A DNA stretch of 63,044 bases from Chiloscyllium plagiosum (GCF_004010195.1 NC_057751.1:5259069-5322112); one strand, 5' to 3'. Shown: positions 36,293 to 49,784, counted from the stretch's first letter. Numbers and translations: made by a program. The notes: generated by a model from the sequence alone, not told the origin.

Positions 36293-37499
36293 AGAGAAGG
36301 ATATCGAAAGCAAACTGCTCAGTTGCTTCAGTCGTGGCACACAGGGAATTGTGGATTAGTCAGATGATCAATCACCTCGACAGCTTTTCACAACACTGCA
36401 ATGATGCGACACACTTTCACCTCTCTGGTGCCTGGTGTTTCTCAACAAAGCCAACCCATGGAGGTTCAGAACCCCCCCCATGGATCCACAGGGGGCAAAC
36501 TGTCCCTCTTCTCTTGTGCTTTTTATGGACTCTAAAAATGACAGCAGCCTCCAAATCTTCAGCAGCAGTCAACAGTGGTGCGTGGAAGGCCTCTTCAGAA
36601 ATACAAATGGAGAGTGTTTACACTCAGGACACCACTATATGATTGTATTGTCTTTGAACAAGGCTCCCATTAACAACACCATGTCCAGCTGCTGTCATGG
36701 CAACTGCCAGAAATATAACCTGCAGTTTCAAGTCCCAAACAACAGCCCCCTTTCTCATCCTGGGTCAAGAAAGAAAGGCCAGATTGTTCCTGAGAGGGGA
36801 TGTATTGAAGTGGAGCAGAAGATGGTTTCTTTCAGCAGTGCAAAGACAAGTGAAGAATTGATGCCTTGAAACAGAGAGAGAAGTAACACTCTGAATCAAT
36901 GCTTCATTATTGACTGGCAGAATAGAGTGTGGAAAACAAGACCCATAACCATAATCATCCTCACAAACTTTGCAGTAGTTAGTGATCGCCTCAGGTCCGG
37001 GAGGTGCTTTTGCATGATAGGGCTTACATCCGGATGGAACAAATGAAAGGAAACACTCTTGATGGAAGCCTTTAGGTAGAAGTGGTCACCACAGGGTCAG
37101 GTGAGATGTCTTATTTCCCCCTCTGACCTGCCCTCCATCTCTCCATACCTTTTGGTATCATTGCACTGCCTGGGATAGGCAGTGTTACTGAATGAGGGGT
37201 GGAGGTTAAAAGGAGGAGTGGAACACAGGTAGCTTCGTGGTGGCAAAATAAATTCAGTGGCGCGTAAAAACATTTCTTTCAAAAGGTCAAAAGGAGAGAG
37301 AAAAGGAGAGAACATTCGAGTACCTGTGCAGTAATGTGAGACCTACCTCTGGATATCTGACTTGGAGCCCTGTACATCCTGTCCCAAGTTTATTCATTGT
37401 TCCTGCAGGAAGGGTACAATTCCCCGAGCTCTCCTACACTGCCTGCATGCTGATGTTGTGGTGGGACTTGTTCCTGGGTACATAGCAGATCAGGCAGCT

Positions 37500-37850
37500 A
37501 AGGGAAGGGGAGGCAATGGCTAGACTATTCCTGGGGAACCTCAGTTCACACTCTGCAGACCTGTGCTTGAAACCCACCGGAGCAGATGGTAGAACTTAAA
37601 TGCAATTTTTTTTAAAAAAATTGGCTTCAAGAATCTATTGTTGATTGTCAGGAGGAATAAAAAAAACCCCATCTGGCTCAGTCATGTCCTTCAGGGATGG
37701 AAATCTGCCATCCTCACCTGGTCTGGCTGACATGTGACTCCAGACCCACATCCATACTTCCCTCTGAAAGTGCTCAGCAAGCCACTCAATTCAAGGGCAA
37801 TAAATGATGGCTATCCAGTAATGTCCACATCTCAGAAGTGAAGAAAAGCA
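37500..37850 (+). mobile_element. SINE family 2 copy
   Basis: Core ggaaatctgccatcctcacctggtctggctgacatgtgactccagaccc; tail tcaagggcaa. Confidence 0.7.
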
Positions 37851-38489
37851 GTTGGTTGAGTCAGAGGGGGAATAATTTTGAAAATGAGACCTCTTGGCTT
37901 ATTCCCTAACTCCAATGGCATTGGGAATGTTGTTGATAGGCTCTCTACGTTCAGAATGTCAACTCCTACTAAAGGCAGTTGAAGCAATGTTGCTGAGCAT
38001 TGGAACATATTGCTTGCTCAAATGCTCATTACCAATTAAAGGATTACATTCCAAAGGTGTCATTCCACCTTTTAATGAAGATGATGATGGTTGGCTGGTC
38101 ATTGAGAGATTTCGAACAAGAGAGCTTTGGTGTGGGAAAACCGTGTTGTCACATGAACACAGCATTTCATGTGTTTTTAGTGCTGTAGACTGCATTTATT
38201 ATTCGTCCCAGTGGAGATGTCACGAAGATGAATTCAATAAGGATCAAATGTCAGCTAAAATGCTTCCCAGTAAAATACAAACTGCATGATGGGAAGTTTT
38301 CCCTTTGTCCTCTTGAGAAACCAGGGCAGCATGTCAGAGTGAGGTCAAGGGGCATATTAAACAGCCACAGAGGCAAAGTGAGGTCATACCGTAAGCTGTT
38401 TGCATGAAAGATTTTGTAAACTCAACACGCAAATCCATCCACTTAAAACTCAGAATCCAGTGAGGTCTAAATTGCACCAGAGGTGACCT

Positions 38490-39425
38490 TTATAGAATCA
38501 TACAACATGGAAACACTCTTTGGTCCAACTAGTCCATGTTGACCACATTCCCAAATGATTCCCACCTGCCTGCTCCTGGCCCATATCCCTCCAAACCTTT
38601 CCTATTCATGTCCTTATCCAAACATGTTTTAAATGTTGTAATTGTACCCACATCCAACACTTCCTTAGGAAGCTCATTCCACACACAAACCACTGGATAA
38701 AAATAAAACATTACCCCTCATGTTGTTTTTAAAAAAGTCTCTTTCTCCTTAAAAATATCCTCCCTCGCCTTGAAATTCCCCACCTTAGGCAAAGATCGTC
38801 GCTCTTCAGCTTATCTATCCCTCTCATGATTTTATAAACATCTTTGAGGTCACCCCTCAGCCTCTGATGCTCCACTGAAGAAAGTTGCAGCCTATCCCAC
38901 CTCTCTTTCTATCTCCAACCCTCCATTCCCAGCAACATCACAGAACTGTCTCCAATGTAATACTAGCCCTCATGTAGCAGAGCAAACCAGAACTACATAC
39001 AGTACTCCAGAACAGGCCTCACCAACATGGCATGGTGGCTCAGTGGGTAGCACTGCTGCCTCACAGCTTCAAGAACCTGGGTTCAATCCCAGCCTTGGGC
39101 GACCGTCTGTGTGGAGTTTGCACATTCTCCCTATGTCTGCATGGTTTTCCTCTGGGTGCCCCAGTTCCCTCCCACAATTCAAAGATGTGCAGGTTAGGGT
39201 GGATTGACCATACTAAATTGCCCATAGTGTTAGGTGCATTAGTCAGGGGTAAATATAGGGAATGGGTCTTTGCAAGATCGGTGTGGACTTGTTGGGCCAA
39301 ACGGCCTGTTTCCATACTGAACAGAATCTAATCATCCTCTCCAAGCGCAACGTAAAATCCCAACTCCTATAGTCCAAGTTCTGCGCAATGAAGGCAAGCG
39401 CGCCAGACACCTTCATAACCACCCT
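38490..39425 (-). mobile_element. CR1 LINE 3' fragment with nested SINE
   Basis: CR1 tail and RT C-terminus on the minus strand; continues across 39029-39335. Confidence 0.75.
39029..39335 (+). mobile_element. HE1-like SINE
   Basis: tRNA head, V-core and tail. Confidence 0.85.
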
Positions 39426-40119
39426 CCAGGTTCAGCTCCCAAAAATCTTTCCGTAGTGACCTTCCTGACAACTTCTCAGCCTCATTGTGAGGTGGTGATT
39501 CAACTAAAGTGAGCAAACGGGTATTTCACCAACCCCTGTCCCACATAAACTCACTTGGGACAAAGTTAACAGACCTACACTGGAGCAACAATGAGCAGGA
39601 AGGCCATATTGAAGGTGAGATGTCAGGTCTATGCTGGTGGGTTATGCCAGTACAAACAGATCAGGCTGTCTCTGAGCTTGGAGCTATTCAAATGGGACTC
39701 CCTCGACAAATTAGCACCAAATTCCTCTTTTCAGATGCACTTTTCTGGAAATGTTTCATTATGTTGACACCCACTACAGATCCTGTCTTCTGAAGGCCAA
39801 AACTCAGTTTTCATCTTTCATCAATTGCACACGTCATGGCCTAGAGCAACAGTAAGTTAGCTCTTCACAATCAATATACAATTGCTTCAAAAATATTCCA
39901 AATGCACCACATTCCATTCCGAAGTTTGCTTGTTTATTGCTTAATTTTAGTTGTACACAGTGACTTTCTGCTACCCACATTACTGTACTTGCCCTTGGAA
40001 TAGGATACAACTTCTGCTTTGGTCTAGGTTAATGCTAATCTTCAATGTCAAACTCCTCTTGCATTAGCTTTGCTCACTCAGCAAAAACAACCATTCCCAT
40101 CTCCTTTCCCCTCTCCCCA

Positions 40120-40171
40120 GTCACATTCAGAGTAACCCGCAACACGTCACATTCAGAGTAACCCGCAACAC
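40120..40171. repeat. Perfect 26-bp tandem duplication
   Basis: gtcacattcagagtaacccgcaacac x2. Confidence 0.95.
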
Positions 40172-40437
40172 AACCCATTCACTGGACCAGCTGTTATAAG
40201 TTCCCTTGAGTTCAATTCAATTCAAATCAGACCACATCCTGCTTCCCCTCCCCAACTCCCAAACATTGCACAGTTACCCAAAGTTACCCAATCATCTTTC
40301 TTTGTCGTAAATACTCTTTAACAAGCCAATCAGTAATGAGAGCAGCAGTTGGCTTTGCTCAGATTGCATTGCATTCCTGGGTGAAGGTGCTGGTTCTGAA
40401 AGTAGTTATCAGTGTAACCCTCAATTTTACTGAAATG

Positions 40438-40676
40438 ATGTGGAGGAGCCGGTGTCGGACTGGGGTGGTTATAGTCGGACAGGTTTCTTTGGAAGCACTA
40501 GCTTTCAGAGCACTGCTTCTTCATCAGGTAGCTGGTCAGGCAGGATCTTTTACTATAAATTCTGTGTCCTATGATCCTGCCCAACTAGCTACCTCATGAA
40601 GAAGCAGCACTCTGAAAGCTAGTGTTCCAAAGAAACCTGTGGGATTGTGACCTGGTGTTGTGTGATTTTTCAACTT
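40438..40676. mobile_element. Palindromic Penelope-like remnant (family B)
   Basis: Arms of about 80 bp (40467-40547 and 40573-40655) are imperfect reverse complements; each carries a hammerhead-like motif. Confidence 0.7.
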
Positions 40677-41872
40677 TCTTACTAAAATCTCACAGCTCTT
40701 TAACTGTAGTAGGCATGTTACAAAACTTTGGATACCCTGGCACTGAAAAACCTGCCTCAGTGAACTTCCATCAATATACTTGTCGAACGTTGTTCTGAAA
40801 TAAGATTAGAATATGAGTGGTGCAGAAAGACACCACGACCCAGCCCATCAGAAACACCCCAGCTCTCTCAGGAGTATCTCACTCAGTGCTGTCTGCTACC
40901 ATCCTGCAGATTTTTAAAGAAAAACCACATTCCGTGGAACTTGCTGAGGAAATAAAGCCACAAGGTTCTGCAGTTTTAAACAAACAGGAAAACATACCCT
41001 CACAGCGTTGGACCAGAAATGCAATCCCGAATACATAATCGGAACACTTACTTTAACACCCAGAATCTGGTCAGTCTGAGTAACAGACCTGACATCAATC
41101 ACTGCATCGTACACAGTTAATGACAACCTCAATGATAATGTGGCTCATCATCATTTATTCAACGTCACCACGGATTACAATTCTTCACTTTGCTGATGTC
41201 ACCCTGAAGCCCCCTTCTCAAGAATCATTCTATCCCAGACTGCCTCAAAGCCTGTCCCTGTTCAAGGCAATCACACTCGTGTCCTGGATTAATATTCCTC
41301 TGGACTCTGAAACTGTATTCCAGTAGTCATTAACAAGCATAACTGACAGTGAGTTTCATCAAACCAGTGTGTCCCTGAGTTTACCCAGAGATTTAATCTT
41401 GCTCAGTTGCATTAATTAAATATTGTTCATAGATATTTCAAATCCCACTCTCAACCACACTGATGCATAATCCTCACAGTTTCCTTCTGAGTATGTTATG
41501 ACTTCCCCTAACACAGAATCAATAACCTTCCCTTTTTTGTGAGTTCCCCACAACTTCTTCAGACTCCTGACTCCCAATCCCAGCTGCTTCCTAATTCCGA
41601 GACCTTCTTCCTGAGTTTGTTCGAACAGTACTACCCTGCTCTTGCCTCATTCTTTCCTACAGGACTATAAGAAACCAGCACACTCTCTCTCTCTCTCTCT
41701 CTCTCTCCAGCTGTCTGTGACCTGGGAACTGATTTTTGCTGACCCTGACCTGTCCCCATTGACCTCCTGAAACCCTTGCAGCCTCTGACCTCGTGTGGGG
41801 CTGAATCAAATGTTACCCTTTTGACGTTTTCACAGAATGCTGACTTTTAGCACATGGGAGGTTTTACATACA

Positions 41873-41975
41873 CAGTTCTGGGGAAGGGTCACTGGACCTG
41901 AAACGTTAACGCTGCCAAAACTGCTAGGGTTTTCCAACAGTTTCTGCTTTTGCATCTGGTTTTCAGCATCCTTGG
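41873..41975 (+). mobile_element. Penelope-like terminal repeat fragment (family D)
   Basis: gtt-CTGGGGA-A-GGGTC-ACTG-GACCT-GAAA-C-GTT-aac; homologous to 53181-53280. Confidence 0.6.
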
Positions 41976-43104
41976 CTCTCTGGGGTTTTGTTTTTAACCA
42001 TACAATTTCCTGCCTTCTCCCCACAGCTGTGAACATAGTTCCTACGTAATGAATCATTGAAAGCCCCCCCTTGCGAATGCCACAATTGTCCCTGAGTCCA
42101 CCACTACTTGGAGGTAGTGTATTCCAAACCCTGACCACTCACGGTCTCAAAATGTTGCTTCTCACCTTGTAAATGGTTTCAAATCCATGTGCTGTGCTTC
42201 TCCATCCATTTCGGAAGAGGAGCAGGGTACAGCCATCTGCTGTGTCCTCACCTCTTGTGTTCTTGTGAAGTTTGATCAGATTTCCTCTCTGCCTTCTGCT
42301 CCCCATGGGGAACAGTACCAACCTTTCTGATCTAGCCCCATAACCGAAGCTTCTTGTCAGGAACAGTGGATATGGGAAATCTGTGACCAAAAGTGAACAT
42401 GCTGGAGAAACACAGCAGTCTGGCAGCATCTGTGCAGAGACGAGGTGATTTCTCCAGGAATTGCTGTGTTTGGAGCAGTACCTGAGCCCTGTGCTCTCCC
42501 CGGTGTGTTCACACCCTTCCTACTGTGGTGCCCAGAAGTGTGCACAGTTTTCCAGCTGAGGTCTCATCGTGTCCCATCTCTGAAGATTCCTCCCCATCTC
42601 TTGCTGCCTCTCTGTCTCTGAGGTGACCCTTCCAACATATCTCTCTGTCTGAATTCCTGGTCACTGTGCTGACACCTCTCTCGATGTGGCTGGTGTTTGA
42701 TCAGACAAGCAAAGAATGCTTTGGGATGTTTGATTACATCGATGCCACGAGATTGTCAATGTATGTTGTTACTGTGTGTTGTAACATCACTCCAGATAGT
42801 TGGCAGCATGTGGGATAAAACAGTTGACGGAGTTGTCATGGATACTGAAGACCCTGTGGCTGCACTCTATACCATTGACTGGACCAGTCAGTCATTAAAG
42901 TTACCAATAAAAGCTAATTGGCCATTTGGCTCAAGGCAAAGGGGTTGATTGCATTGAAGCATGGGGACGTGTGATAAGGTCGAGAATTCACATCACATGT
43001 TCCTGCATGCAGCCATAATGTGGTGAACTCCCCCTCTCAGTGACATGCAAACACTATAAGTGGCAAAAATCTCTTTGTGTTTCAGTTTTCCGAAGCCTTT
43101 TACC

Positions 43105-43411
43105 ATTTAGATTACTTACAGTGTGGAAACAGGCCCTTCGGCCCAACAAGTCCACACCAACCCGCCGAAGCACAACCCACCCATACCCCTACATTTACCC
43201 CTTTACCTAACACTACGGGCAATTTAGCATGGCCAATTCACCTGACCTGCACATCTTTGGACTGTGGGAGGAAACCAGAGCACCCGGAGGAAACCCACGC
43301 AGACATGGGGAGAATGTGCAAACTCCACACAGTCGCCTGAGTCGGGAATTGAACCCGGGTCTCTGGTGCTGTGAGGCAGCAGTACTAACCACTGTGCCAC
43401 TGTGCCGCCCA
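43105..43411 (-). mobile_element. HE1-like SINE, young
   Basis: Reverse complement nearly identical to 3104-3436. Confidence 0.9.
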
Positions 43412-43442
43412 GTGGTTTGCACTGACGTTTAGGAAATACTCT

Positions 43443-43562
43443 AAGGGCTCATGCCCGAAACGTCGATTCTCCTGTTCCTTGGATGCTGCCTGACCTGCTG
43501 CGCTTTTTCAGCAACACATTTTCAACTCTGATCTCCAGCATCTGCAGTCCTCACTTTCTCCT
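43443..43562 (+). mobile_element. Penelope-like terminal repeat fragment (family A)
   Basis: Near-identical to 56116-56234. Confidence 0.7.
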
Positions 43563-43574
43563 CGAAGATTTACA

Positions 43575-44110
43575 CCTCTATGCTTTCTACCTCACACTTT
43601 CCCACATTGTATATCATCTACCACGTCTTTGTGCACTCTCCCAGCCTGTCCAAGTCCTTCCACAGCCTCCCTGTTTCCTTGACACTACCTGTCCCTCTAC
43701 CTGTCTTTGTGTCACCTGCAAACTCAGCGTCAATGTTTTCAGCTCCTTTTCCCAGATCGTTGATGTATAACGTGAATAGCTGTGGTCCCAACACTGAACC
43801 CCCGTGGAACTCCACTAGTCACCGGCTGCCATTCCTGAGAAAGACCCCTTTCTCCCCACTATCGGCCTTCTGCCAGTCAGCCGATCCTCTACCCATGCCA
43901 GTACCTTGCCCCTAACACCACGGGCTCTTACCTTACTCAGCAGCCTCCTGTGCAGCATCTTATCAAAGGCCCTCTGGAAATCCAAGTCGATCACACCCAC
44001 TGGCTCTCCTTTGTCTAACTTACTCCCTCTCTCCTCACAGAATTCAAACAAATCTGTCAGGCATGACCTCCCATGATGAGGCTGTGTTGACTCAGTCCGA
44101 TTTTACTGTG
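43575..44110 (-). mobile_element. CR1 LINE RT fragment
   Basis: LDFQRAFDKMLHRRLLSKV..GSVLGPQLFTLYINDL..FAGDTK. Confidence 0.88.
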
Positions 44111-44339
44111 CATCAGTACACCACTGTTAGCCTTGCTTCTTACCCATAACTGTGTTTCACCTCTCACCACCACCACCACTGCAGAAGCTAAAGTGATCAG
44201 GTTTCATGTGGGACTTGACCAAATGTTTCTTGGTAGGTATATTCCTGGAACAGGCCAGGGAAGGGTTAAATCAGGCAGGAGAGTGATGTTCCAATGGATT
44301 GGTGATTCTACAACCAAAGGTCCCTGGACTTCAGAAGGA

Positions 44340-44690
44340 TGGTGGGGGTGTCTGATGGAAACCTGTCAAATTCCAACAGGATCAGAGAGGGTAAACACAG
44401 AGAGATGTACCTGATGAGCAGGGATTTCAGAACCAGGGGTCGCAGTCTTAGGATACGGGGTAGGCCGCTTTGGACTGAGCTGAGGAGAAATGTCTTCACC
44501 AAGAGAGTGGGGAGCCTGTGGAATTCTCTGCCACTGAGAATGTTTCCAATGGGGAATGAGTAGGGGTCTTAGGGCTAAAGGATTAAATCAGGAACAGGGG
44601 AGTGAGGGTGGAGGATCAGACCACATTGAATGGCAGAGCACACCGCAAGGGGCCGAGTGGCCTGCTCCTGTTCCTGCTTTCTGTGTTTCC
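44340..44690 (+). mobile_element. CR1 LINE 3' tail
   Basis: RTRGRSLRIRGRPLWTELRRNVFTKRVGSLWNSLP. Confidence 0.75.
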
Positions 44691-44905
44691 AGATGACATT
44701 CAGTCTTCCCCTCGATAATTAATCCCATCACTTGACATTGAATGGAAAGAAGATTAATGGATGACAGACGAAGCTTGACGTGACAAATGTTAATTTTGCG
44801 CAGACCAGTTTCAAATGTCCTTGAAAGAGAAAAGACGATACAGAATGAAATAGTTTAAGAATGTGCCTGGAAGACTAATGGGTGTATCTGAATCTGTCCT
44901 TACAG

Positions 44906-44977
44906 GTCGGGGAGTGTTCAACATCACTGGAATGAAATTTTCTTCTTTGTCGATCATTTAGCTCACAAGTTCATCAG
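44906..44977 (+). CDS. ANTXR1: ANTXR1-like exon 2 (72 nt; completes MIDAS DxSxS)
   Basis: tacag|G TCG GGG AGT...: (K)SGSVQHHWNEIFFFVDHLAHKFI(S); donor AG|gtaaga. Confidence 0.96.
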
Positions 44978-44995
44978 GTAAGACATGCTCACCTT

Positions 44996-45067
44996 CACAC
45001 ACACACACACACACGCACACGCACACACACACAGACACAGACACACAGACATACACACACACACACA
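44996..45067. repeat. (CA)n microsatellite in 149-bp intron 2
   Basis: Seen directly. Confidence 0.95.
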
Positions 45068-45103
45068 TTGCCTCAGAGTGAGACAGCAGAGACAGAGAGA
45101 TGA

Positions 45104-45199
<96 letters not shown>

Positions 45200-46149
45200 T
45201 GAGTAAAAAGCTTCCAGTGACCCCCCGCAGGAATGTGGCAACTCCCAAAGGACGCCATTTAGCCTGCTGTTTCTGTGCTGTCCCTTCAGAAACCTACCCA
45301 ATTTTATCTTCCCCAGCTCCTCCTCCCCAGCCCACTCCTAGCACTGCAATTTATTGTTGAGAGCTTTCTTGAATCCAGCTTCCTTGGGTGACATTACCCA
45401 ATTTCCCTTGGAGAGTCTGAGGATGTTTGGTGATTTTCTGCACAGCATCCTGCAGCTAGTCCACCCTGTTGCTGCTCCAGGACATTAATGCTGAAGGGAG
45501 GGAGTGGATAATGGAAGTCGGCGTTTATGCTTGATTTGAGCCTCCAACCATGTCTTCTCATGGAAGTCTGCTGTCTGAACCCCTCAGTTCCTACTCCCTC
45601 ACGCATTTGTTGAGCTTGCTGATAGCTCCCACGTGCTCCATTCACTTGGAACACTGCCCCATGATCAGAGGTTGCACATTCTCACCATCCTGTAGCTGAA
45701 GAGTTTGCATTGAATTTCTGGGTGACTGCCTTATTTGCACGGCTTCAACTTCCACTCTTGTCCACAACTGTTTGCATTCTCTCTGGGTCTATTTGATCGG
45801 GGCTTAGATTTTCATTTATTATTGTCCCATGTACTGAGATACAGTGGAAAGTATTGTTTCTTTCATGCTAACCTGACAAATCATATCTTAAATAAAGACA
45901 TCAGGGTAACAGAAGACAATGCAGAATGCAGTGTTCCAGCGACAGAGAAGGTGCAGGGAAAGATCGATGTTAATGTACAAGAGGTTCATTTATAAGTCTG
46001 ACAGGAATGTGGAAGAAGCTGCTCTTCAATCTGTTAGCTTGTGTTTTCAGACTTTTAGATCTTCTGCCTGACTTTTGAGTTCTTACACTCAACACCTTTT
46101 AACTGCGAGAGCAGGACTGCGTAAGCTCAAATTTAATATTTTTCAAGTT

Positions 46150-46430
46150 AAATCATTGGATCCCTGAAGTGTGGAGGCAGGCCATTTGGCTCATCGGGTC
46201 CACATTGCTCCGAAGAGCATCCCACCCAGACCAACCCTTGGGCACTACGGGGCAATGTGGCATGGCCAATCCACTCTGACCTGCTTGTGTTTGGACTTTG
46301 GGAGGAAACTGGAGCACACCCACACATACACGGGGTGGGGGGCGAATGTGCAAACTCCACACAGACAGTGGTGGAATCAAACCCGGGGTCCCTGGTGCAG
46401 TGCTAGCCACTGAGCCACCGTGCCACCCCA
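46150..46430 (-). mobile_element. HE1-like SINE, diverged
   Basis: Reverse-complement V-core and head. Confidence 0.75.
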
Positions 46431-46773
46431 GAGCTTGACCTGGTGTTACTTCATGAATGCACCCTCAGTGTGGTTTGAGAGCACTGCACCAAATTCCATG
46501 CTTTGGGAATGTTTATCGTTTAGCTGTCCTTCAAACATATTCCCTTCAAACGTCGGAGAAATAAATTTCAGGCATATCTGAGGTTAGGCTGTGGCCAGAT
46601 CATTGCAGCAAGGACATGGGTAACCTCCTGGGAGTCCAGGTTAAAAATCTCCAAAGAAAGACTCTTTGGAAATCCATCCCTCAAGGCCAACATTCCTCTC
46701 GAGGTGATGAGAATGGTGCCAAACCCTGAACCTCTTTTCAATCCCTGTGTTTGTTTCTGTTTTGTTTCACCAG

Positions 46774-46855
46774 GGAACAAATTCGCAAAGGACTAGAGGA
46801 GCTGCAGATGGTGCAGCCTGGTGGGGACACCTACATGCATGAGGGCTTCGAGAGG
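46774..46855 (+). CDS. ANTXR1: ANTXR1-like exon 4 (82 nt; MIDAS Thr in GDT)
   Basis: caccag|G GAA CAA...: [27 protein letters not shown]; donor AGG|gtacgt. Confidence 0.97.
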
Positions 46856-47994
46856 GTACGTTGTTGGGAAAGTACATTGTTGGGCATTGCGGGAGAGCGA
46901 GTGAGCGAGCCAATTTCCCAGTCAGTCATTCAGGCTGGTTTTGGAAAGGGGGAACGTGGGACTAGTGTGGGGGAATGAGTAAAATCAGGGGAATACAGAG
47001 CAACGCTGACACCTTCCCCCACCCCGGTCACTGCTGCACATCAGTACAGATCAGCGTAGTCTCTGCACGGATATGTATCCAATGTAAGAGCTTGGGTTTG
47101 TGAAGAGCAAGGTTGCAAACACCTCGTCTTATGGTCCCATATGGACTGTGGTCCATCTGATCCAGCTTTGAGGGCAAGCCTCTGCTCTCTGGTCCCATCC
47201 TGGAGAACAGCAGCATTAGGTCATTCAGACCAGAGGAACTCAGAACATGCACAGGCCACTCCTGTCTACACTGCCATTAATGAGATTGTGGCTGACCTGA
47301 TCAACCTCAACTCCCCTTTCCTCCCTTTTCCCCATAACCCTTCATTCCCCCTTCCTGATGAAAACTCTCTCTGTCTCAGCCTCGAATACACATATGCATG
47401 GGTCTGATCTGACAGTCACCATGGAGACATGGTTTACAGGGGGCTGGGAATGAAATATTCAGGACGACGTGACCTCTTGAGAGGACCGGGAGGGAGTCAG
47501 GGGTGGTGATGGTTTGAAATGGAGTTAGTAGGAGTGCCAGAGCTGAATTTGAACTGCAAGGTGTAGCGTCTATCCAGGTGGATGTGAGAAATAACAGGGA
47601 AATAAGGAGGGGTTGGAATTGTCCGTTCTCTAACAGGAGCTGTTTGGGGGGACAGGATACACAGTTATTTCTCACTGTGTCTGCAAGGGTTCTGTTCCTG
47701 AGTATCCCCCAGGAATGATGCGGAGCTCAGTAAGAGTGGGTTAAAATGGTTAAAAATATCACTGATATGTGAGCTTTGCCCATGGATGTGTATTTTTGTT
47801 GCTTTCATGATTTGTGGTTTTGTGGAAACAGAGGATTTACAGTAAATCAGGAGTTAATGGCGATAATGGAACAAAGGTAGGGCAGTTTAGTCTTCATGTC
47901 GATTAGGGTTCAGTGTTACGCAGCATGCAGAACAACATCTGATTTTGACTGAGTGTGGGAGTCCCAGCTTTTAACTGCTTCTCATTTTTTGCAG

Positions 47995-48028
47995 GCCAGT
48001 GAACAGATTTACTACTCAAGTGCTGAAG
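47995..48028 (+). CDS. ANTXR1: ANTXR1-like exon 5 (34 nt)
   Basis: ttttgcag|GCC AGT GAA...: ASEQIYYSSAE(G); donor G|gtgagt; frame-consistent with its neighbours. Confidence 0.94.
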
Positions 48029-48762
48029 GTGAGTCAGATCGCTGTTGCAGGCACCATCACTGCACTGCATCTGAATGATCCAAACACTGTCGTCCACTGG
48101 AGTGCCAGTTTGCAGCTCCTTAACCACCAATAATCACACCACACAACAACAACCTGCACTGATATGGCACCTCCAACATTGCAAACTGTGCCAAAGCACT
48201 GCACAGCAACAGTGACCTCAGAACCGAGCGACAGAAGGAGATGTCTGCAGCCTACTCCTGAAATTGAAGTGGAGATGTTAAGGAGCCTTTTCTCAAGGAC
48301 AAAGATAAATAGCAGCAGGAGTAGGCCATTCTGCCCTTCGAACTTGCTCCGCCATCATCCATCTGCTTTCTCCCCATGCTCAGACAGATCAATCATGCAG
48401 AGCATACTGGAGGGGCCTGTTATTGGTTTGTTTGTGAACAGAGAGGATCTTTGAACAGCACTGCTGACCGTCATATTGCCTGACTATTTCAAGTCAGGGA
48501 GAGCAAGTTAACTGCTGGATGCTGAGCACTTGCTGCAAATTTGCACATCTTTTCTCCAGTGTTCAGAGAGAACAGAGATGTCATTTCTTCCTATCAAAGT
48601 GCATGACCTCTCGCATTCCAATATGAAACAGCATGGGCCATTGTCTTTTTCGCCACTCACTGGTGGCAGGGAAAGACCATATTGTCGCTGTAACAGCGTT
48701 GTTTGCTTTGAGAGGAGTGAGGAAGGTCTCCTGAAGTAATCGAGTCCTGTTTCATATTGCAG

Positions 48763-48842
48763 GTTACCGGACTGCCAGTGTCATCATTGCCCTGACAGAC
48801 GGTGAGCTCATGGAGAATCTCTTCTACTACGCAGAGAGAGAG
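48763..48842 (+). CDS. ANTXR1: ANTXR1-like exon 6 (80 nt; MIDAS Asp in TDG)
   Basis: attgcag|GT TAC CGG...: [26 protein letters not shown]; donor GAG|gtaaga. Confidence 0.97.
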
Positions 48843-49784
48843 GTAAGACCCCACTGTCAAATCCTACTGACTGGCAAAACTGTGATGCAATGTGGCCTCC
48901 CCTCTGCATCACAGGATCCTGTAAATGCAGAAACGTTTGCTTCAAATGTGTGTGACAATGAATGCACTGTAAAGCCACCCTAAACCTGTGGGAAACAATT
49001 CCACTCAACACGGTTGCACTTTGCTTCTCAAATCTTCATTTTTGGCCCAGGATCCTCTGCTGTAGTTGACTACAAGTGGTGTGGCTCATGACCTGAGCTT
49101 CAATTCATTCTTTCCGTGAGGATCTGCAACCCTTGTTTCATTAGAATCACGACAGTGTGCACAGAGGCCATTCAGCCCATACCAATCCTCCAAGGAGGAT
49201 CCCACTTTGTCCAGGTGACAGAAACAGAAGCCAGCCCCAGTTCCTGGGGAGTCTGCCTTAGGTGAGCCTTGGCACATTCCAGCATTGGGCTGTGGATTAG
49301 ACCAGTCCAGAGAAGAAGCTGCCTGGCAGAATATCACAATCAAGTCATTCACTCAAAGGGCTCTCATCCTGCTGTGACTCATTGCAGCTCAGCTGTCATT
49401 TCCGAAGAAATATTGTTTGATTCCTTTCTGAATACAGTGACTGCGTTCTGCATGGTAACCAGTTTCCCCTTGTGATGGCCCGGGAGCTTGCAACTGCTTC
49501 ATGGTGGGTCAGCTCCAAGGTTTACAAGATCCACAGGCATACTCGGCATACTCTGCTGTCTCGGTATGCTCCGTACATTGAAGAGTGAGCCTAATTGTAC
49601 GTGCACAAACACAAGCAGCTTCATGACTGGGGTCATGAGTGGGCTCACTTTCCGTCAGCCCTCCGGCTTTCTCTTTCTCTCTCTCTCCAATTCTCTGTCA
49701 ATTTCATGCAATCTTGAAACTGAAGTGGACGAGTCAGAAGACCAGTGGGTTTTCAGCAGCAACTACCCAGAGAGGAGGAATCCT

